From NCBI GenBank assembly GCA_030704615.1, contig JAKLZA010000040.1:1-25000 (forward strand): a DNA stretch of 25,000 bases, written 5' to 3'. The notes under the pieces are model-generated. The model had not been told where the DNA came from. It saw only the letters and a list, made by a program, of their open reading frames with translations, and searched no databases. Of this stretch, positions 1-11,975 are shown one piece after another. Made by a program: the position numbers and the translations under genes. Within the stretch, counting starts at the first letter, position 1, and each line of letters starts with the position of its first letter. Source of the stretch: Takakia lepidozioides (lineage: Eukaryota; Plantae; Bryophyta).

Positions 1-3000
1 TGCAACAACTGCCTTGGCCAACTGTTCATAGGGCAAACTCAGTTCGACTGCCGGTTTCATTGCTGGTGCTGCTGCCTTGGTTCCTTTGCCCGCTTTGGCT
101 CCCTTCCCTGCTGGGGCCACTTCTACTGGTGCAGCCTCAACCTGCTCACTGGTCTATCTTAAAATCATGCCAACAACATCATCACCATCTGGATATGCCC
201 CTAGAGCTAAGTACGTCCTAAACGGGTTCAAGAAATACAATGAGGATGTCAAACAGGTCGGGACAGGGCTGACCATTTCCTTTGTTTCCTTATGAAGTAT
301 CACAAGATTCTGTTGTGTTCAGCATCACATACTAAGAGAAAGTAGATTCTCAAGTTGGGGTAACAGGAAATACACCCTTACCTACGTTGCAGCTTCCACA
401 TGTGAATATATTCAGCACCCTCAACTTGCATGAGTTTGGAAATAACACAGTAAACCACAGATTTCTCCACAATCACCAGTCCCATAGATTCAGCATACAA
501 AACGTGACAATGCATAAAACTTAATCTCATATGGGAGATTCTTATAACAAGGTATGCCAGAAAGCACGCTTACTGGGGTTGGCTCCATAGCGTCCTCGTA
601 TAGTACATCCAATATGGGTAGATTTCTGGATGGATGCTCAATCTTGGACAACTGTGCCAAGGCCTTCAACTCTGCAATAAGCACAGGCATTGGAGCCGGT
701 TGTGATGGTGCCAGAGGACTTGCTGATGGTTTCAGTGGAGCAACCGCATCATCCTGGATCTCTGGAGGTGGAGGTGGTGGGGGTGGTTTTTTGGCCAAGT
801 TGAAAATGGCTCGGAAGATGCTCTGAACAGACACCTGGTTGGCAATGGCCTCAGCTGTCTCTCCTAAGCCCAGACACCAGTAAACTCGCAATATTGTGAA
901 GGGATCATCCTTCACAGTTTCTCCCTTCAGATCCCAGTACATGGCTGCCTTAGTCTGTAGAAACCCACATACACCAACACCAGGTTGTAGCACGAGTAAC
1001 ACTCAAACTCCAGACACAATCTTTAGAAAGGTAAATACCCTTTAGATTGTAACTGGAAAAATCTGGCTGTGATATGAAACATAATTCTTCATCTGTAGCT
1101 AGGGTTACTTAACTTAACCATACTTTACGTTGAACTGTATGCACTGTTACAACTGTAAAATCCAGGCAGGCATAGTCAGTGAAGGCAGAACCAACATTTT
1201 GTTCAGTACACTGGAGAGCAACTCGAAGTTCAGCAGTCCTGTCTTCCAGCACCTTTCTTTCCTCATCCAGACTGAGAGCTGGTGTGGGCAGTGGGCCAGT
1301 ACCTTTACCTGCTTCAGATTTGAGGCAATGTATAGCATAGGTTTTACACATAGTTTGACATTCAGTCCTCACACTCAATCACATTGAGAAGTGCTGAGCT
1401 GATAAAAAAAACAACCACTTGCTGCAGGTAAAAGAGGAAGTTCTAAACACCATCTTGCAGTTCATATCACCTGAAGCTGGTTCTTTCTTAGGAGGGGCAC
1501 CCTTCCCCTTTACAGGAGCAGCCGCAGCCGCAGCCGCAGCGGCGGCCACCTCTGCTGCAGCCTTTGCAGCTATAAAGCTTGGCCTCTGTTCTGTAGCCGA
1601 TCGTGCTCTTACATTATCTTCAAATTCTTTCAAGGCCAACAAGGCACCTTCAAATTGTGTCTTGGCCTCTGCTTCTTTGATCTTTGTTTCCTGTTACATT
1701 ATCAAAAGACATCCATAAATTTCACCATCTTCAAGCTTTCACTATTTTCGGGGCTTGAGGTCTTGGATATGTCGTGGAGGGAGAAACGTTTTGGATGACA
1801 ACCCTCCAGCAATGCGAATCTGGACCTCATCAGCACATACAGCAGAATATTATTGGCAGTGTTTTCCAAGTGCAGTACATGCCATGAACCGCAAACACCT
1901 TAACAAGAATAAACTGCTTGAAGAACAGGATCAAATATCAGTCACCTCGATATTCATTTTGCAAGTTTCTGCTGTGGTGATCCTGCGTTGTGCTTCCCTC
2001 CGGTGTTCATCATCTTTGTCTAGAGCTGACCTCACTGGACCCACAGCCACAACATTCCAGGCAAAAGCCACAGTGAAACTTACATCTTCAAAGGCTGCTT
2101 TCAGCCAATCTGCCTGTCTGTCTCTCCCTGCCAACACCTATTGCTCAATCTCAGGGTTACGACCAATTACAAGTGCTGTCCAAGTGTATCAGTCTTCATC
2201 TTTAACTGTTGACTTCAGCTACCCTTACATGTTCAACACTCCCAATTGAAGAAACTGACTAAGCAAAATTGCAGGAAACCCCACGTGCAGGTAGCAGAAA
2301 ACTAATCCTGGTTGAGTCCATTATAAGGGAAAAGAAAGGAAGTTGCTAATATGAGAACAGAAAGCAATTGATAAAGAGGTGGAAAGACATACAACTTGAC
2401 CATTAACCCCCTTTGGAAGGTTCGAGGCACCCTCATGACCCCTTTGTTCTCACATACGAAGGATTATTCAAATGAAAAGATTGAAGTACCATCAAGAAGG
2501 TTGGAGATAAGCAGGGGACTTAGCCAGTTGGCATCTCCCGATTCCTGTAAAAATCCATACGTAACTACCATGTATCATGGATGTTCCCATTAACAAGTAT
2601 AACCGGTATTGTAGGAAAGAGTTGAGCTGTCCAGATCGGAGTGCGTGATATTTAAGAAACTTCCTTAAAGGGGAAGGAGTGTCATTTTTTCTAGTCTTTG
2701 AAACAAATACTTACATCTCGCATAGTATCTATCTGGGGCAGTCATTTTCCAACTGGTTATGCGGTAAGAGATAACAACAACTTGATAAAAAACTATAGGC
2801 TCAGTATCAGAAAAATGATGCCAGCTGTTGCCAAACTCTTGAGCTGTTAGGGGTACTGCCTCCAGGTAGCAGGTGGGAATTTTCGAAGGATTGCATACAA
2901 CCAAGCAACTTTTTGTGCCCACTCAGGAATCTCAAAAATCACTACTGCCCTAGCATGAGGGTGGATCCCAACTGACAGACCAGTAAAGCATAAATGACTT

Positions 3001-4336
3001 GAACTCAAAAGAAACTAAGCATTATATGTTGGCCTCTAACTTGGGGATAAGCTTTCTATACCTTAGCAACTTTGAGCGTGTTGCCGAGTTCCGTTGCTGG
3101 ATCCACCTCCATCTCCTGCATTTAGCACCAATAAGATATACCCCAAAAGAATGTACTCAAAAGACGTTGTTTGCCGTAGCCTTGTGGCCATGATATACCC
3201 CAAAAGACTTGGGGAAGAAGTCATTCTTTGGATTTGTAGCTACATATGTTAGTGCCTGAATAGGACAAACAATTGCACAATTCAGCTATTTACCCATGGA
3301 ACAGAATACTCTAACCAGGCTGTTCAGCCCCACACTCTGGATTTAAGGTTCGACCGGACAATTGCCCTCTGCTACACTGAAGACACGTCTGTGTGGTGAG
3401 AGAGGAAAGACGGCCAATGCCAGAATAGAGTGCCCTTTGTTGCCATCTGGCATGGTTGTGAAATACAGATACACATATGTTAGAATCGGAAAACAAACCC
3501 CACCCTAGCTTGAGCCCAGACTGTTTGGGATGCTACATAGGCCCAAGATTAGTTTTCTGTCAAGTAATTGGAGACTGAAGGGAAGTTTCAATCTTCAACC
3601 TCGCAAACAAACTGATTAGCTTTAAGCTCAAGGTACTAGTTGTGGCCTAAAACAGGAGTCAATGAATGGCTAACTACACACATGAAGGTCGATATTCAAG
3701 AAAGATGCCCGACACTTACATCCGCAGCCATTGTTTGAGCATCCACAATGGCCATACTCAAGTTTGGCCTTCCAATTGCGTTCACCATCTCAACCAGCTT
3801 TTCAGAGTCCAAGTTGGGCAGAAGGGTCTCCAGTCGCATGCCCACACATGACCATGATATGGGCCATTCCGGTAGTGGGGGAGCCTGTCTCACACCAGCA
3901 GTTAACCAGATAATCATTAACCATATCACCTAAACTTCTGCCAGAATTGTGTCCACAAATTAATACTACAGAGACTGCAAGACATACCTATATTGGTCTT
4001 TACTTGGTACAAATGCAAGCAATCCATCACAATGCATTAAAAATCGCCCAGTAAGCACTTCTAGCACATACTCTCAAATTGAACACTTGACCTAAACATG
4101 CTCAAAATCTCTTGCGGTTGGTCCAACACTCACGATAGCACCGGAACGCACCGCGATGCAAAACCAGCAGAATCATTTCCAGTTTAGTGACATCTCACCT
4201 CCCCTTCTTTGTATCGAGGAGGTGCTGGGGTCCCTTTCTTGGCTGGCGGAGCTGGAACTTTGGCAGCCTCTGCATCGGCCTTGGCAGTTTTCCCATCCGC
4301 TTTTCCCGCTGGGGGAGCTTTCCCCTTCGGTGGCAT
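1..4336 (-). CDS. SPAG17: SPAG17/PF6-like axonemal central-pair protein, 5' portion (gene continues beyond position 1)
   Basis: Hand-spliced exons with GT-AG boundaries and consistent phase: 4336-4199 (MPPKGKAPPAGK...RYKEGE), 3884-3720 (APPLPEWPISWSCVG...AAD), 3115-3062 (EMEVDPATELGNTLKVAK), 2544-2490 (ESGDANWLSPLLISNLLD), ~2109 or 2019 to 1946 (...DKDDEHRREAQRR...; acceptor ambiguous), 1690-1471 (Ala/Lys/Pro-rich), 1308-1124 (...SAFTDYACLDFTV...), 954-574, and 153 or 141 to 1 (...PAGKGAK...ELSLPYEQLAKAV). Several colinear blocks resemble the recalled SPAG17 N-terminus: [70 protein letters not shown]. Similarity is modest and from memory. Confidence 0.68.
1517..1547. repeat. (GCAGCC)n coding repeat giving a poly-Ala tract in the SPAG17-like gene
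   Basis: GCAGCCGCAGCCGCAGCCGCAGCGGCGGCC; the minus strand encodes AAAAAAAAAA. Confidence 0.9.
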
Positions 4337-5470
4337 TACCTACCGTTCGTCAATTTGGTACTTGCAGTGAGACAGGAGATCTATAGTCTCAAATGTTGAT
4401 AGATATGTTGGGACGAACCGAATTCTCTGTGTGTCTGTCTCTCTCCAATAAGAAGAGTGCCCTGGGAATCCTCTGATTCATACCATTGTTGCGTTCTAGT
4501 AGGTTTTAGGTTGGCTCATGACACATGAAAGCGCCTACGCCCAACAGTTCATTTCATCTTCAAGGTGTTGCTTACAGGAATCCGGTAGAGGCTGGTGGGA
4601 TCAAGAGATCCAAGATTCGAGAATTTGGGCATTGTAGTATTTGCTCTATATAAGAACCAGAATTCCCTTCTCAGTTATTGATATTGCACAACAGAAACCA
4701 AGGAGCCCGTTTGGGTTTTCCTTAACCATGAAGTAAAAGCTCTTGTAATACCCAGAATGTTTTCTCTAAGCAGTGAATTCTTTTCACCATCCAAGATCTG
4801 CTGCCGAATGTGCAAGACAATCTTTTCAATGTAACTGGGGCGAATCCTTCCAAAAGACACAGAATTAAGAGATGAGAAGTTCCAGTCCTGCGGATAGTCA
4901 AATTCCCATCAGAGAGCGAGCAGCTTGCTGCCCTAACAGTTGTAAACTGCCTCCACAATTTTAGGAAAGAAGTTTGTGGAATTCTGGATGCATGAGAAAG
5001 TATTTGATGCAACAAAGCAAACGTGTGGATGGATTGTGTGCAGTGGAGTTGGCGAGAGGAGGTGAACTTCTGCGAGTACACAATCAAAGGCGTTTCGTGA
5101 ACATTGCTGATCAGTATAAATTCAGGAATACTCCGGTCAAGACTCGACATTGTTCGAGACAGCAATACATATATAAGCATTGACTACATATCCGTAGCCA
5201 TGCACAATGTTCACGATCATCTGCTAGTAATACGTTAGATTCTAAAAATTGGGGTCTTTCTCTTTAGTGCTGACATCTAGCTTCGGCTGCTATGCTGCAG
5301 AAATCAATTAAAACCTAGCTACAAAATATGTAAAGCTGTGGCTCCGTGTCAAGCGCACAAGTATGATATGGCAGTAGTTAGCATGTGGGCTGGACTGCGA
5401 TCCAAAGAAAACCAAAGCTTGATCATCTTTCTGGATTGGCAATCGCTCAACACTCTGCATCCAAGATTTT

Positions 5471-8400
5471 CTAGCGTCTTTTATTCCTGCCAGTGAGGCG
5501 CAGGACCACGTAGAATAAACACCGGAAAACTACTCCAAACCCCACTGTCACTCCCAAGCACTCCCACTTGCTGAGTTGTGTAATCTCCTTGGCAATTAGT
5601 ACATCATGGCCGGTAAGAACACATGAAGAAGGACTCAATCTAGCATACGAGGTGTTCCTTAGTGCTGCTGATCCCCTCATGAATGTCAGCATGGCTTTCA
5701 CAAGACTCTCATTAAATGTGGCCAGGGGAGTTCCAAAGAGAATGTCACGGCCCCTCTCATAACAAATTCCCTTCCGTTCAAACTCATTGATCAACACTGC
5801 CTCATACGGGTACTTTATGATGGACAAGTAGTGGAACCATAGCCAGTATTTGGGAATCCGTGGGCGAGAAATGAAAAATCCACTTAAAAGGAGAAAGTAG
5901 GCCAAGAGGGCCACAACCACAGTGTAGCCAAGCATAACATTGGGCATCACTGCAGAGAGCAATGTGACAAATGAATTTCCAGCCCAAAAAGATGCCCAAA
6001 CTATGAGAAAGAAGAAGAGGAATCCTGGGCCCCCTCCAGCAAGTCCCACCGCCCACCAAATAGTGATAGAAAACGCCATTGACAACAAGGCTAGAAATGG
6101 GATGTAGATTATAGCATGTGCCAGAACATATGACGATATGCGGTATGCATTGTGGGAGGTCTCTCGCATGAAGATGTAGCGCTCTTGCAGGAATACAGGG
6201 AGCGCATCTGCGCATGTATAGTATGTGGTTGACATTGCAAACGCAAAGAAACCCAACCGCTCCTGCATGCACCCAAAATTTGAAGCATTCTTGTCAGAGA
6301 TTATCTAAATCAACAATTAGGAATGATCATGGATGTGGGCAATTCCATGCCTTCAGTCCACCTGACAATTGCACATGCATATATGCTAGGGGAGTCCAGT
6401 TGCCTCAGAAAACTTAAGAGTGATCGAGATGAGTTAATTCCTGGACGAAGCCCACAATCATCTTACCATTTCAAATGTTGCTACATTTAGATAGATGTTG
6501 TGGTCCTCTCAAAGGCTGAATATTTGATGATGCAAAATTGTGGTGTAAGTCAGTGCAAAAAAACCACCTGGACACATGTTCTTTGACCAATGATGGATCT
6601 TTTTTGTCATCATGTGCAGTCGAAGATGGTGCTAAGTACAAGGGATTTTGCTAGAAACCTTTGGTTCCCTCAGTGCTCTGATCAGCAAGGTGACTGAAGA
6701 CAGTACATTTTTTTGAGGTCTGGCATTGAAGTCTTCTTCATTCATCTCATATCTAGGAATCACTAGATAGACACAAAATTCAGCTCAACATGAATGATCA
6801 GCGAAGTACCTGAACTCCTTTGGGGCTGTGATCAAGGTTCCAGAAAATGGTGGCCAACAGAAAGCCGGTGATCATTACAGCGGCCAACCGCATCAGGAAA
6901 AGCTCTGGCATCCGTTGGATATTGATGACTGACCTGCGTATAAGCACAGGGATTTCTGCCAACTGAGAATTTGCAAACTTAGACACCATCTCCGCACTAT
7001 CCTTAGCGGCGCTGGCAAATTGGGTGGGATGCACCAAAGCTGAAGGGCGGGCGGCCACCAACTTCCCCCTCGAAATGGATGCAGTAATCGCCTCACGAAC
7101 ATCCGGGAAGCCCACCCGGGTCTCAGACCCCTTGGAGTCCGAAGCCCAAGTCTTGCAAAAATCAACAAGCTGCTTTACTCCCCCCTGAATGCACGGACCC
7201 ATGATATCAGCAACTATTTTGATCTTCTACGCAATACACCACATGAGAAACATCTTAAGATGCTGGCATCATCAAGATCCAGCTGTCATTCAAACTTATA
7301 ACATGTATAACCAGCTGCCATGAACACCGAATGTCCTGTGCAGCGCTCATCTGTTATTCATCAGGGATGTTGTTTTAACATGGACTACTGCAGATGAATC
7401 TCGGAAACATGTGACCAACTACATGGTGGATGCTTGCAAGGAAGAATATAGAAATGATTGATACATGTGCATGCTCCCCTGCCAGGCCTGCCTGTGTTTG
7501 TTCAAATATGTGCACACTAGCAGATAGGACTTCAAGTTGTAGCTACAGAGAATCTTGCTCGTAAGCAACGCACCTGAGAAATGTGTAATTCTTGGATGAG
7601 ATCAAGAGCGTGCTCAGTACTGTTCTCGTGTTCAGGTACAGGCCGCCCAAATCCCTCAAAGAAGGTATGGAGTCCTGGTGGGGAGCCATAGTAAACCTTT
7701 TGGCCAAAAGCTAGGAGCATTAGGTGGTCAAGCAGGCCCATAATGCGGTAGCTCGGTTGATGGATGGACAAAATTACAATGCTGCCAGTTTGTGCAATTC
7801 TCTGGAGTGTTCGAACCTAACAACCAGACCCAAAAGAGAGGATTTCCATGGTTAGACAACTGGTGTGCTCCAGGCCTAGTCTAGAAGTAAAGACTTCGGA
7901 TGTTCTCTACCAGATTTTTCAAGGTACATGGGTTGTAGAGCTGTAGCTCGGAATATAGTGTGAGATAGTCCATGACGAAGCCTAATCCTGAGCAAGAAAA
8001 ATTAGTGAGCTCACGGGCATACCACCATGAAAGCACTGGTGGAGTCAAGGCCTGAAGTGGGCTCGTCCAGGAAGAGGATGAGAGGGTCGTGGATGATGTC
8101 GATGCCTATAGAAACACGGCGCCGCTCGCCACCTGAAATGCCGCGTCGGCCTTCGTCACCAACGATGGTGTCGCCCACAAGCTGCAGCCCCAACTGCTCC
8201 AGCAAGTTGAACACTCTTGCCCTCTTCTTTTCACTCGATTGGGACTTTGGCAGCCGAAAGAACGCAGAAAACATAAGAGTTTCTTTTACCGTCAGCATAG
8301 GGAACAGCAGGTCGTCCTGCAGGGTGCTGGGGACAATGATTAGCACGCGCAACCTGGTCCGAGCCAACAAAAAACAGCAGCCAAACATGTGGAGTAGTCA

Positions 8401-9606
8401 CAGCGTCTGCAAACCGACCTAGTGCCATTGTACCAAATCTTCAAGAGCCTTTGAATGCTTGGTATACACAAAACCCTATAGAAGCAAACAGCGAAAGCAG
8501 TCTCAATTGCCCTGTGGCAAAAATGACTTCTCTGATGCCCAGGAGTGAGAATACGTGTGGGTAATGTTGTTTGTCCTTGATCAGCTGCAGCTACCAGATG
8601 GAAATCTAATACCCCTAGTGTCTTAAAACTCGGTACTACTCGATCAATGAAGACAGTAATCAGACTTGGTCTCTCTGAAAAGACGGGAGAAATTGAAGTG
8701 AATTACCTGCATGACGTATGCTGAAATGCTACGAAGAAGTCGATTACTAACTTGCTCTCCGTTCAAAGTGACTCTTCCCTCCAGATTCTCAATCCTCTGT
8801 GCAAGGGCATCTATAAGTGTCGACTTCCCTGAGCCGCTAGGACCCATAACAGCCAAAATTTCTCCATCTCTTGCTTCTCCCGATAGATTGTCCAGCAGGC
8901 GCTTTGTTGTATAACTGTGTTGCAAGGAGCCCAGAATACTGCCAGCTGCAGGCTTCGTGAAATTCGGGAGTCTCCATTTAGATCTGTTCTTTTTCACTGT
9001 GTACGTGAGTTCATGGAACTGTAAAACCAGGAGGGGTTTCCGAGCATCTGTCTCCTCCACTACATTTTTCAGTTCAATCACTTTGTGGGCTGGCTCCAGC
9101 AGCTGGAAAGACTCACTATGATCTGAAATTAGTGACGAACTGAGCTCTGGAATTCGTAACTCACCGTAGTCTGAAGTCAGATACTCGCCGAGCTCTGGAA
9201 TTTGCGGTTCTCCAAGCTCAGGAATTTCTTTAAATTCCTTTCCTAATGCTCCCTGTATCTTGTGCAAAACCTCTCCCATTCGTGGCCCTACTGGAGGCCC
9301 GGATGCCTCCTCAGTGCTGCCAGAAAGCCCATTGACACCGGCCACTTCTGGCGACCTTCCAAGCAACCAAGAGGATCCCTGCGCATCAGACGTGGAAGAG
9401 AGGTCCGAATACAGGCTGCCATGGCTGGAGAGCTGGAGGGGGGAGGCTAAAATGTTTAGGGAAGCCACTGGGTCCCCAGTAATCTCAGATCCAGATGATT
9501 CCGCCTTCCGCTTATGCCTTTCTGCTACAGCAGCATCTAAAGATTTATGACTTTCTACCAATTCTTTTCGGCGAGGAACCCTTGGTTTACGGGGCTGGTT
9601 CTCCAT
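5471..9606 (-). CDS. ABC transporter G family half-transporter (WBC type), AtABCG1/2/6/16/20 (OsABCG5/RCN1) clade, 867 aa
   Basis: Exons 9606-8707, 8316-8023, 7816-7574, 7184-6810 and 6262-5471; all four introns are GT-AG, phase 0. Motifs: Walker [11 protein letters not shown]-loop YVMQDD, signature [12 protein letters not shown], Walker [13 protein letters not shown]-loop SIHQP, C-terminal ABC2 membrane domain. Clade-diagnostic strings [65 protein letters not shown] and [16 protein letters not shown] match the ABCG1/2/6/20 group rather than STR/STR2. Confidence 0.95.
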
Positions 9607-11975
9607 TCCTCAGTGCTGGTTATTCTTGCACACTGGTTGTGCCGGTCTCACGGGAGTCCTGAGTTATGGCTAGCAACCAAGGTTCTACTCAGGTGAAGAC
9701 AGCTTACAAGGGAATCCGCCTTGCTGAAGAAATTCATCCTCGCAGCTGCCTGGGTTTAAGATTACTGGTAGGCAGTTGTGCATTTCTATCTTTGAACTTT
9801 TCACCCTCTTACCAGGGGATAGGCTATGAAGAGACACAAGATATACAGAACGCGGATAGGAAATGGATCCATGGTACTTCTTGCACTGTGTCAGAAAGCC
9901 TGTGAGTTGGAATGGGTTGGTGTCACTTTGTGTCAATTGGTGCGAATTTGTGCGAGCTACAGTGTGTAAGAAAACGTATGAAGGATTTGGTCTCTTTCAG
10001 GCAGAGTGAGAGTCTGGTTCTTGAAACAGATGGGGCAGAGGTTGTAGCTTCACAGTAGCACTGTGTGGTAGATTGCACGTCCCAGTATTAGCACAAGCTG
10101 CCCACATGGGAACTTTCCTGAAAGAAATTACAAAGAGAAAGACAGGAGAGAAGACTCCAGGGGGTGGGGAATAATCAAAGATCTTTGATCGTAAGGACGG
10201 TACTGTAGGAACTGACTTTTAAGTATCCATAGTCTGGCACAGACCATTCCCGCCCAGTTTCAGCATCTACCTGCAAAAATACTCCACCCAAGACACACGA
10301 CAGCGAAATAGAGAAGAAAAGGTGTTCGCAATCGAGCATCACCAGAGACATCCCTCCCAAACTGCAGCATCTAAGTGCCTCTGGCCAATAATCGCCAACT
10401 AACAAGTAGGGGGAAGAGGGACGGAGCGGCACGGTGCACAATTCACATCAGCTCTAAAAACTCAAGCACCCTATATTGCCTCCATGAAAGCTCCCCAGTG
10501 AGATCTCCAAGGCAGAGGGTGGTGGTGGTGGGTAACTGAGAGAGTCCTGGAGGCACTCCGGTGGGGTAGGAGAGGCAGGCTATGACAATCCCCCAAACTT
10601 ACCCTGCCAGGAAGATTTCACAGGCTGCATGCATCGCCCACCTTCGATTCCCCAAACCTACCTCCAACGCAATGTGCCACATGTGGTGTGGGTGAATGAA
10701 GAAACTACCCACATGATCGATCTCTGTTTCACCGAGTGTGCCCTTCCCACCCTCGTGACCATACCGTTAAACCAACTCCTACGCTGTACTCCTCCACATC
10801 CTTACGAGTACGCATACTCAATACAACAATGCATACCTACCTTGGCGTACACCTACTCCAAAGATCCCATTCAGCGGACATTCCACCCCGAGAATGGAAT
10901 GGAAATGGAAGGCCACCTACGGCAGTTCATGCCAGGGACCTCTTCATTGCAATGATAATAGTAGATGACTCTCACATGCACAATTTGGCGGTTGCTTTAC
11001 TGTCCCTGGGTGTCTTCCGTTCCGTGATCTTTCAATAGTCAGGAATTGCTGGCAACGCATATGGAATGCACCCTTTCAAAGGAAAAGTCATTTTGTCGCA
11101 CCAACATGTTCTACCATAACCTCCTCTGATCTCAGCCCCAGAGGTCCCTTGAATGATCAGTCAGCTTCCGCATGGTACCTTGCTCAACGCCAATCAAGTG
11201 TGGCTTCATGTATCGAGGAACTGGGTTATGTACTATGGTGCTTTCCTTTGGTTTGGACCATCCATCAGTACCTAAGCCATCATGAACTCAAATCCAGCAT
11301 GAGGCACAAAACCTTGTTTCCTAGGATGTAATGGAAGGAAATTTTACATCCAGCATGGTGGAAGAATGGGCAAGGTGATGTGATAGTTACCCACTAAACA
11401 AGGCCAACTATATGCATTCTAGTGCTCAACAGCACAAAAGTTGGTAACATGTGAAAGCTGACTGTCCCTGGATTCCGCTATTTCCATGCAGAAACTTTCT
11501 TGCCCTTCCACCACTTCCCACTGAGTGACTGATGAATTTGTATTTACACACTCAGAGATAACCGTGATTCCACTTTGACTGGCTAACACGTTGTAACTAA
11601 GCTGCAATTGTTGCTCATCTACAAAGCATCCATTCATGGCAGTGAGGAGGCCTGGTTGACTTGAGCACTGGTGAGTATGAAGCAAAGTTTCCTCTTCATG
11701 CACAGAGAAATCTCAAAACATAACTGTGCATGAACGATCCTTACTAACAAACCTAGTGTTGAACACAATATGAGTGAAGATATCATCCTCCGAAGACTTG
11801 TCTTGCCTATGCGGAGGTGAATGACTTGATATCTTTGTCCGCAGAAATTAATTCAGAGTCATACTTGGACCTGTTTGAATCAGATACCAAAGATACAGTG
11901 GATGGAAGAACAAAAATGTGCATCTTCAATCAGTATCTTGTGGTCTGAAGTCACACTCCAATTTCAGAAGTTTGC

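Noticed and set aside
380-425. Possible extra SPAG17 exon (YIHMWKLQR) ending in a GTAAGG donor
   Set aside because: Could not be joined in phase to the next exon without a stop, whereas the 574 to 153 splice is in frame without it.
77-2249. Plus-strand ORFs 77-295, 554-826, 1419-1718 and 1755-2249
   Set aside because: Antisense shadows of the SPAG17-like exons.
3569-3590. TTGGAGACTGAAGGGAAG resembling miR319
   Set aside because: Has a 2-nt insertion and a divergent 3' end, and no complementary precursor arm is visible.
4416-4420. AACCG (DUO1-type MYB site) upstream of the SPAG17-like ATG
   Set aside because: A single 5-mer is expected by chance.
4675-5183. Overlapping ORFs between SPAG17-like and ABCG
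   Set aside because: No recognisable motifs or consistent splice structure; likely intergenic or 3' UTR.
5471-9606. ABCG as the mycorrhizal transporter STR/STR2
   Set aside because: Diagnostic strings ([37 protein letters not shown]) match the ABCG1/2/6/20 clade rather than recalled STR (IIHKP, SAYSVV).
10629-11703. Several 60-108 aa ORFs between ABCG and CobW
   Set aside because: No homology recognised; the region is expected to be the ABCG promoter and CobW 3' UTR.
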